Origin: Selaginella moellendorffii
Taxonomy: Eukaryota; Plantae; Lycopodiophyta
Direction: 5' to 3'
Length of the DNA stretch: 64,000 bases
Assembly: GCF_000143415.4 (NCBI RefSeq)
Contig: NW_003314290.1
Coordinates: 1,478,454 to 1,542,453 of the forward strand
The translations under genes and the position numbers were made by a program. The notes below the pieces were generated by a model that made no database searches, was not told where the DNA came from, and worked only from the letters and a program-made list of their open reading frames with translations. Shown here in pieces: positions 26,701 through 35,377 of this stretch (position 1 is its first letter; each line of letters opens with the position of its first letter).

Positions 26701-27910
26701 AACCCCAAATATCCCAAGACCCTTAACCGATTGGAAAAGGGGGTGCACTCTTGTTCATGGGCCCTTTCCCTCTATATTTGAACCTCAATGGATCGTCTCT
26801 CAAGTCATTCCCTTTGGTTGCTTACAATCCACCACGCTTCCCTGCAAGTTCACGCCCTCGTGAACGGAAGCTGAGAGCCACAACTCTCCCGAGAGCCCCG
26901 CTCTCTTGACACCCTACCCCTCGGGTCGAGCCCAGCGGGAGCAAACTGGACCAGCCAGATGTCAATCAATATGTGGTGTGATTCCCTTAGCCAACCAACA
27001 GAGTCGGACCTGAGACCCCGCTCTAATACCAAATGTAAAGCTCCTGAGTTTGGACTTCCCGGGAGGTCACCCAGCCCAGTACTATTCAAACCCAAGTACG
27101 CTTAACCCCAAATATCCCAAGACCCTTAACCGATTGGAAAAGGGGGTGTTCATGGGCCCTTTCCCTCTATATTTGAACCCTAACGGATCGTCTCTCAAGT
27201 CGTTCCCTTTGGTTGCTTATACCACAGAGGTAATGCTCCTTCCTATAAATCAATGGGACAATCATAAGGTTGATGAATAGGTAGTACACTAGCTTTTTTC
27301 TTGTCAAACACCCCAAAATCATGATACTTCTCAGGAAGACTAACAGAAGAAACATGCAAAGCAAAAAGGAAAATAGGTTCTTCATGAAGGAGTTCTTTCA
27401 TAGTGATTGTGGAAATAGGAGGAGGTGTACAACTAAATGGAATGATGAGAAAAGGATACTGTCCAATGTAAGATGGAAGAGAGGGAAAAGAAGAGGGTGA
27501 AAACTTTGTAAAGTCAGGAACAGAACCCTAATTTGAGTTTAAGGAACTTTTCCTAATTCAGACTCGATAAACTACAAGGGAAGCTGTGGGAGATGGTGAT
27601 GTGGGAGAGATGAGCAGTAATTCCTTCCAACAGATCTGAGGCTGGTGTAGTTGGAACCAAGGAAGGCCGAGCACCACAAAGGAGGACTTGTTGTTGATGA
27701 TGTTGAAGGCGATATTGGTGATGGTGGATCTGATGTGTACTCGAACAGGCAATATTGCCCTAAGTCCAAAAGATGGAGACACAAAATGCCTACCGATGCC
27801 TTCAACCCTCAAATCCCATATGGTAGGAGAAAGAGGAATGTGATGTCGGACAGCAAAGTTCGTGTCCATGAAGTAGGAAGTTGCACCCAAGTCTAGTAAC
27901 GCTAGAGCCT
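23728..27910 (-). pseudogene. Pol (protease, RT, RNase H, integrase, chromodomain), disrupted and interrupted by a TRIM
   Basis: ALLDLGATSYFMD, VKKKDGSLQLVIDYRGLN, VYLDDVLIYS, NYEIHEKELLAIV, GHFGIAKT, VVSDRGP, chromodomain EYEVQDILDSK...YLVDWKGYGPEERTWEP. Confidence 0.9.
26631..27221 (-). mobile_element. Cassandra-like TRIM with 5S rRNA-derived promoter segment in both LTRs
   Basis: LTRs 26631-26826 and 27034-27221; ~207-bp non-coding interior; PBS TGGTATTAGAGC; PPT ...GTGGTGGAT; TSD CCACG/CCACA. The minus strand of 26649-26703 reads GTTAAGCGTCCTTGGGTTTGAATAGTACTGGGCTGGGTGACCTCCCGAGAAGTCC and aligns without gaps to the A-box/IE/C-box half of plant 5S rRNA. Confidence 0.92.
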
Positions 27911-28060
27911 TGAGTCTTGATTGTCCGGTGAAAGAAAGGAGACATGGAATGCAGAATTGGTGGTGGCTTTGATGAAAGGTGGTGAGGAGCTTGATAAAGA
28001 AGAAAAGTGATTTTTATTTGGGGAGTCCAAACAGATAACTCTTACTCTGTTTGGACAGGG

Positions 28061-28870
28061 TCATTTCCCAACTGCAACAGAGGTGGACCTTGAGGCAGTG
28101 AACTCGAGCAGTCGGGGAGGCTTCTTGGGACATGCAACTGCTTTGTGATTAGGATTAGCACAGTAGAGGTAAAGATTATGAGATATTCGACGTTGCTTCT
28201 CAGCATGACTCAACTTCCCTCTGATGAGTCGGAGAGTACCAAAAATATCCATCGGGACCGGAGTAGTAGGTTTAGGAGTATGCCCCGAAGACTCAAGCTG
28301 GGATTCCTGAGTATGGGACGGGAAAACGGCAATGCAGTGACTTTCCTGACAACGTTCAAAGAGACAATTGTCGCATTGAACAGCTTTGTTGATGGCATCC
28401 GATAGGTCCATGGGATCCTCTATGATGAGTAACAAATCCTTGACACTGTTATTGAGGCCGAAACAAAATTGATCAATCATGGCCCGCTCATCCCACTGAG
28501 TGTCCAAGGTAAGAAATTGGAACTCTATAGCATAGATCGAGGTAGGACGAGACCCGAGATGTCTCATCTTTGTGGTGGCAGCCCGAACCCGATCCGTCTC
28601 ACCAAAACATGCTTCGAGCTTCTCTTTGAACAACTAAAGATCCATCAGCTCCAGAACCATGACCCCTTTCATACTCTTCTCCAGAAGAGGAGAAAACCAT
28701 GACAAAACTGCACCTTCGAGCAACGTCCTGATCGCACCGATTTGAGACTCAGGAGTGGGGTACCGCCAATGTTGAAGTGTGAAGATCAGCTCCATTTGGT
28801 TTAGGACTCCGCGAAGCTCCGAACGCTTGCCTGAAAATTTTGATAGGAAACTCACCTTCGGTTCAGGAAC
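28061..28870 (-). pseudogene. Gag (capsid plus degenerate zinc knuckle) of the chromovirus
   Basis: KFSGKRSELRGVLNQMELIF, FCFGLNNSVKD, PMDI, LYCANPNHKAVACP; in-frame stop at 28634-28636. Confidence 0.85.
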
Positions 28871-29959
28871 TTTGCTTGATCCTTGAGCCGAAAGTGAAGC
28901 AAGCTCCTATTGCATGCGAAGAAGGGTCACCTTCAGCTTGGTATTCTCAAACTTGATTTTTGCAAAGACTTCGGTAAAGAAATAGGGATGGCTTGGAGAC
29001 TCCATTGGCAAAGAAGAAAGAAAAGGGGGAAAAAGGCAAAGGCAGTCAAACAATCAAAACAAGCTAAAGCAAAAATGAAAAAACACAATCTGAATCAAAC
29101 TGTCAAGACCCCCAACAAGATCAAGATTAGAAAATGCAGAAGAAAAAGAGAAAAGCTAGTGGAAACGAAAAGGAGGCCTTAAACTGGCGTTGATTCAGAT
29201 TGTGGAGAAATGGAACAAGGCTAACCTATATATATTATAGGTTGATGAAGCTCCACCACTCTTGGATCGAGGACGGCCTAAATATAGCTGAGGTCAACGA
29301 GGCACCACATCATCATCAGGAATGTGGCTCGAGACTCAAGAATCGTACGGGAAATCAGAGAGTTAGGAATAGGGAAGTGTCTCGAGAGTCAAGGATAGGG
29401 AAGTGTTTCAAGAATCAGGAATGTAGTTTGCAGGTCAAAAATCCAGCGAGATTCAAGAATGTGGCAAGAATTAGGGGATTCCTGACACTCACTACTCTCA
29501 TAGAGTTTAACAAAATGCAAGGTGCAACCTGCCACCAAACACAATGTTATAAAAGAAAGGCAGAAGGGTCACCTTTTTAGAAAAGCGCAACAGCCACTTT
29601 TCTACACCAACTTTAGACTCTATCCAACTCAATTACTTTAGCCTCAAAAATTAGCTGTAAGCCACAAATTTTTCCTTTCCAATTTCCTAGCTTACCTTAT
29701 CTATCTGATCAATACTGTCTTGGCTTTTGCTAAGTTCCCTCGCCAAGGTTCCCACCTATTATACCAACTCCTATTTGGTTCTACTTGGTTTCAGCTACTC
29801 ACTGCACGAGCAACAGAGCATTAGCCATCAATCCATAGATTCCCAAATCTCTCCCAATCCCCCTGTCCAGGTTAGACTAGACTTAAGGTTCGGCTACACT
29901 CCCTGCAAGCACAAGCAACCACACGCTTTGGGCTTTCACCCCTTGACCTGTATTAGTAC

Positions 29960-30222
29960 TCAGACTCGGTTTTGGACTCAATCTCGGACTCGATCTCGGA
30001 CCCGACTTTGGACTCAGTTTCGGACTTGATGTCGGACTCGATCTCGGACCCAATCTCGGACTTGACTTCAGACTCGACCTCAAACTTGGTCTCGAACCCG
30101 ATCTCGGATCTCGGACTCTGTCTCGAACTCGGTTTCGAACTCGGTCTCTGAGTCGACCTCGAACTTGATCCCGAACTCTATCTCGAACTCTGTCTCAGAG
30201 TCGGTCTTGGACAGACTCAGTC
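29960..30222. repeat. Degenerate hexamer array (GGACTC/GAACTC/GATCTC), related to the 21.2-kb array
   Basis: Directly visible and preceded by the same CTTTGGGCTTTCACC motif. Confidence 0.85.
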
Positions 30223-30565
30223 CCATCCAATGAACTCTTTGTCATTTCGGTCATGCTTTTGGGGATTCTTTAGCCTACAACACCTCGAGGAGCTGGTTCC
30301 TTACATCAACATCCCTTTCAGATCGTATCATATAAACTACCTATTAAGGTCTAATCTAACCAAAATTAACTCCAACCCCTTCACTAGTTTGTACTGGTTT
30401 ACGAAAATAGAATGGTTTTCGAGCAAAATAATCAACAATTAGCCATTGGAAAAGTTTAAGAAAATTTGTGGAAAATTTCAATCCTAGAGAAAGAATGACT
30501 TTCAGTCTATGAATACAAACTTTCAAAACTCAACCAACTTCTTCCTACTAACAACTTCACATAGG

Positions 30566-30983
30566 TGTAAGCTTCTGAGTTTGGACTTCCCGAAAGGTCA
30601 CCCAACCCAATACTATTCAAACCCAAGGATGCTTAACTCTAACTAACCCAAAACCCCACTCTCTTGACATCCTACCTCTCGGGTCGAGCCTAGCGGGAGT
30701 AAATTGGACTAGCTAGATGTCAATCAACATGTGGTGTGATTCTCCTAGCCAACCGACAGAGTCAGACTTGAGACCTCTTTGATACTAAATATAAGCTTCT
30801 GAGTTTGAACCTCCTAAAAGGTTATCCAACTCAGTACTATTCAAACCCAAGGACGCTTAACTCTAACTATCCCAAAACCCTTAACTGATTGGAAAAGGGG
30901 GTGCACTTTTGTTCATGGGCCCTTTCCCTTTATATTTGAACCCCATAAATCATCTCTCGAGTCGTTCCTTTTGGTTGGTTACA
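30566..30983 (-). mobile_element. Second Cassandra-like TRIM, internally deleted and more decayed
   Basis: TSD ATAGG (30561-30565 and 30984-30988). Partial LTR from 30566 joined to the interior (CTCTCTTGACATCCTACC), decayed PBS, full LTR 30790-30983. Confidence 0.88.
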
Positions 30984-32305
30984 ATAGGTTCACCTCAATA
31001 CAAATTCTCAAGACCCATAGTATGTTTAAGCCTCGAACATCTTTTTGCCCATACTTCTGACATCCAACACCGACATCTGCAAAATACAAAATGAACATCC
31101 AAGGCTTGATCACAAAAATTATATCTTTATATATCCATATTGCACTAACACTCTCCTTCAACCACCTTCAAGATCCAATGTGAAGCCCAAACACTAACAA
31201 AAAAAATAACATAGAAAATCAAGCTCTAAGGAAAATTCTCATCACTTGAAATAACAATGCTACTTCCACTAACACAAATGCTAAAGATGTCAATACCTTA
31301 ATTACACATCTTCTCCATCCAACAATCTACTCCAAGTACTAATAGATTAATCAACAAGTTATAGGAAATGAATGCTATAACCTTTCCAACACCTCAATGG
31401 GCAAACTCAAGAAACTAACGTACCAACTCAAACTTAGCATAATAGACCACTATTGAGAATCTAGTCAAAACTACTACAATGCTACTACGTGCAAGTAGAC
31501 TAGCTTCTCCATCAACCACTTTGGGGTTAATTATTGTTTAACCAAGTAATTTCGTAAACACATTGCTTATTATCACATAGATATGATATAAGTATCACAA
31601 TGATTTGATCATTAATTGAGTAACACAATGAGCAATGCCTATATCATTACTTTAAACATTTATGTGAGTATCAAGTGCCAACTCGATTCGACAAAATACA
31701 ACATAAATGCCATACTCCACCGATAGAGATTTACAACACCCAACACCACTAACTTTTATTCACAACACAAACAAACTCATACCACTCACTATCCGACCAA
31801 ACTCAAAACTTAATCTAACATCAAGCTACTCAAAGAGCAATAGCAAAGTTCCTTAGAAAAGAATTAAACATTGCAACTTAAGTCTTTGAATAGCATGTCT
31901 AGACAAAATGATTTAGCACTTCATCGTTATCCATTCCACGACTCACCAGTTGTAAGACTATCATTTACAATATACACCAAGATAAGGACCCTTGGTTACA
32001 TACCATGAACATGAGCAATGAGTCACACCTCGTTGCAAATCATTTCTCCAAGAAGAGAAAATGATTTACGTCTTTGATCCTTCGTCCTTGATGACTTTCT
32101 TTTCGGTCTCATCTTTGACTAAACCTCAAACTTGCATTCACACTGCCTTTAGTCTAATTCAAGAAAAGTTTATGAAAGAGCACAGCAATGATTACTTAAA
32201 TCAATAGACTAATCTCTACAGTCTTGATTGATCCACTTGTAATCATGCTTAGGAAGGATTCATTAGTGCCATGCTAAACAACTATGGACTAGCCTATTTG
32301 CCACC

Positions 32306-33830
32306 CCTCAGGTTCCATACCACGTTCCTTTAGACATGTGGCATATGACATGTGGCATCTGTCATGTGGCACAAAGAGGGTTTACGTTCCACTTTGTGGT
32401 ATTATCTTATGGTAAATCACCATAGGATAGAGGGTAAAAACCACGTGTGTTACATTTGGTATCAGAGGATACATCTCAGCAAATACTATTCAATGAGATT
32501 GGGCAACTAGTTTTGTTGCATATGCAGAGATGAAAATGATGATCCGAGTGGGTACACATTTGGGTGCAAAGACTTCACAATTTTTCCTTGAGTATAGATT
32601 TGGTTACCTTGTTATACTGTAATAATGTGAGATTGCTCTTGGGCTCATAAGTGGGATTGAGTTGTTCCGTTTGCACAAGTTTCTGCTTGGGCTCGTGAGT
32701 GAAGCACATTAGCAACTCAAGATTACACTTTGAGTTGGCAGGATTAATGTTAACGTATCAGTGGTTTTATGAGTTATTCTATGTACCATGGGTGAAAGTA
32801 AATCTTCCCTAGGTTTGCTATCTTGTGCAATTGAACGAAGGAATGGTGCCAAACTCCCAAGCATGCAACCAAAGAGTGATGAAACCGGACCACAGAGCAA
32901 CTCTTGAGTATATAGCCTAAAGAGCAAAGGGATAAAAGCCCAAAGTGACTTGGAACAGTCCTAGAGCAACCAACATCCCAATACTAAGAGCAGCATGCAA
33001 AACGGAGCCAAACGAAGCCAAACAGGGTTTGGTGCTATTTCAGCATATCAGTGGCCTAACGCAAGGACATAAGTACTCCACCAACTAGCATGGAATGGAA
33101 CTTGGGCTTAAACCCAAGCCAGATGCAAAACAAAGATAGACACGCAAGTGGGAGATAGATTATGCCTCAGCTTGGTCAACCATGCCTACCCTACCCACTA
33201 TCCCTATTATACATTTGGAACCCCCCCCTCTATATTTTCCCCCCCCCCCCCCAATTGAGGAACACACGCTTTAGGCTTTCACCCAAGCCTCCCTTAGTAT
33301 CAGGAGTTAGTCTCTGGGACAAACTTGAAACTTACTAAATATGGAAGGTCTTTAGATTGCGAATTGGACATGGGATGAACACCATTGTGTTCAAGACAAT
33401 CTCTATATTCCGTAAATATGCCAAATGAGCAAATCGGAACACTTTCCATAAATAGTATTTGGGACCGAATTGAGATTAACACAAAAGGCATGATAGTGAG
33501 GGTGTTTGGCAAACACAGTAAGCTATCATATAGTAAATATTGAGGGACCAATCTCAATATCGCGGGGGTTCTTGATACTAACAAATGCAAGCCAATGACA
33601 GGAATTTCTCAAACTAGGCTGAGTATACTTAGCAAAAACCACATAGAGTTCCTACCTTATATTTATCCGATTTAAGTACACGGTCATTAACCAGTTTCTC
33701 AATTAACCCAAGTAGGAATTGATAACGGGCTTAGCAATATTAACCTCTTGCCGTCGTGGCAGTAAGGAAAGAATATTCGAAAGGACTAGCCAATAAATAA
33801 CTTTCAATACACGAAGTCATATTCACCATA
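32306..33830 (-). repeat. 5' LTR of the large element, split by an inversion of 32306-32813
   Basis: 32814-33830 matches 17752-18744 directly; 32306-32454 is the reverse complement of 17603-17751. Confidence 0.88.
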
Positions 33831-34263
33831 AGAGTGTTTAAGTTGTATGGTTCACTAAATTTAATTGTCTTTTATAGCAAAAAACATGCAGAACCAACTT
33901 AATAAAGGTATATATAAAGGGAATTTAGCTTCTTAACACCAAGCAGCACAAATTAAGATTATATTGATCTACAATCTTACTTAATTTTAAAATTTTCTTT
34001 TATTATTAAAATAAGATGTTTTATTTGTACAATGCCACCTGGTAATAAGCTAGGATATTAAAATCTGACAAACTACACCTAATGAGGTTAAAAATTTAAA
34101 AAACTTAATTAAAATAAATGCTAGAAAATAAATTAATATTATAGGTATCCACAATCAATATATATTTCCAGTAGTTTCATTATATAGATAAGTGATAAAT
34201 ATATTTAAGACACATCAAGAAGCTATTTCTGTTTTATAATTATTTATAATAATAAACTTTATT

Positions 34264-35229
34264 ATGTATTTATTGATTTTTAGAATTAAAATTTTGATTT
34301 TCATAATTTTATGTTACTTTGTGTTTTATAATATAGGAAATGATAATGATCAACCACTTTATCCAGCTATTATAAGTGCTGAAAGTCCAAATAAATTAAA
34401 TATTGAAGATTTTTATAATTTAATAAACTATATTTATGATTATATTAAAGAGTATTTTATAAATGGTGAAAATTTTCCTTTAGGACCAATAGTAATTCCA
34501 CCATTTAATTTACAAAATGCAGCTATTAGTATTAAATTAACTATATTGAAACCAATTGCAATTGTAAGAGATCAAGTTCTCCCATCTTTTTCGGTATGTT
34601 TATTTGATCCAACTGAAATCGAAAATTATAGAGATGATGTTTTGTTAAAAGTTTTTACATATATTTTAGATAATTTAGAATCTCAAGCAAAATCAAGTCC
34701 AAATTCATTTTATGGTTACATACATGTGGCTTTTTTAAATTTCTCATTAAAATATAAATTAAGATCAAGAGGTAAAAGTAACAATAATTTAAGTATCAAA
34801 ACTTTAAATTCAGAAATTTATAATTTAAAATGGAATTGTGGAGCACTTTATAGATCTTCACTAATAAGTGGATTTCAAAATGAAATTGGATCATATATAG
34901 AAGAAAATAATAGTTTAGTATCACCTAATGGTTTTTTTAGATTTACTTTAAAAGATAATTGTAAACTTGAATTCCACAAAATTTCTACCAACAAGATTAT
35001 GTGGAATAGTATGGAGAATTTTGGAATAAATGCTATTAATTATAATTGTGTTGCAGTTTTACAAGAAAATGGAAATTTTATTATTAAAAGTAATAAAAAT
35101 ATAGTTTGGGCAACAGAATATTGCTTAAAAGAGCCATGTATATTAGATACAGTATTACTTGTAAGAAATGAAGGTAATGTTATAATTTATAATGCAAATA
35201 ATGGTAAAAAATTATGGTCTATATTTTAA
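34264..35229 (+). CDS. Very AT-rich ORF with a C-terminal bulb-type (B-type/GNA-like) lectin domain; true 5' end uncertain
   Basis: 321-codon ORF. The C-terminus has SLVSPNGFFRFTL...IMWNS...AVLQENGNFIIKSNKNIVWAT...LLVRNEGNVIIYN...LWS, the B-lectin repeat pattern. The first ~24 codons may be an intron. Confidence 0.65.
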   Translation: MYLLIFRIKILIFIILCYFVFYNIGNDNDQPLYPAIISAESPNKLNIEDFYNLINYIYDYIKEYFINGENFPLGPIVIPPFNLQNAAISIKLTILKPIAIVRDQVLPSFSVCLFDPTEIENYRDDVLLKVFTYILDNLESQAKSSPNSFYGYIHVAFLNFSLKYKLRSRGKSNNNLSIKTLNSEIYNLKWNCGALYRSSLISGFQNEIGSYIEENNSLVSPNGFFRFTLKDNCKLEFHKISTNKIMWNSMENFGINAINYNCVAVLQENGNFIIKSNKNIVWATEYCLKEPCILDTVLLVRNEGNVIIYNANNGKKLWSIF

Positions 35230-35377
35230 ATCCTAAAAAATTAAGGTATATACTTATATAATAATTATATAAGAATTATATTTTGACATATTTGAAAGCA
35301 CATTAAATACTTAAGTAAAATTAGCTAAAAAATAAAGCAGGACACTTAGGGCTCTTGGTCACAATGTAGGGCGTCCC

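Larger units (their letters stand above)
23338..29487 (-). mobile_element. Ty3/gypsy chromovirus (Tf1/Tcn1-like), full-length but decayed
   Basis: LTRs 23338-23716 and 29101-29487 (TGTCAAG...CCTGACA), TSD CTCAC, PPT complement GCACCCCCTCCTC at 23717. Minus-strand order gag - protease - RT - RNase H - integrase - chromodomain, with stops and frameshifts. Confidence 0.95.
17603..33830 (-). mobile_element. Large LTR retrotransposon, apparently non-autonomous (LARD-like), hosting nested insertions
   Basis: 5-bp TSD AGAGT (17598-17602 and 33831-33835). 3' LTR 17603-18744 (TG...CA) with polypurine tract complement CTCTCCCCCCCT at 18745-18756. 5' LTR homology at 32814-33830 plus an inverted piece at 32306-32454 followed by the Met-tRNA PBS TGGTATCAGAG. 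Confidence 0.88.

Noticed and set aside
26649-26703. Genuine 5S rRNA gene
   Set aside because: Only the 3' half of 5S is present and it lies inside TG...CA LTRs with PBS, PPT and TSD.
29200-29580. ORF MWRNGTRL... repeated at 16839-17111
   Set aside because: Chance ORF within LTR copies; the similarity reflects the repeat.
34018-34263. Alternative genetic code or RNA editing rescuing the upstream stops of the lectin ORF
   Set aside because: Every stop codon is one C-to-T change from a sense codon, so the pattern is uninformative; methylation decay or non-coding DNA is simpler.
13085-35340. Helitron or DNA transposon enclosing the whole AT-rich island
   Set aside because: No terminal inverted repeats, hairpin-CTRR end or transposase/helicase motifs found by eye.
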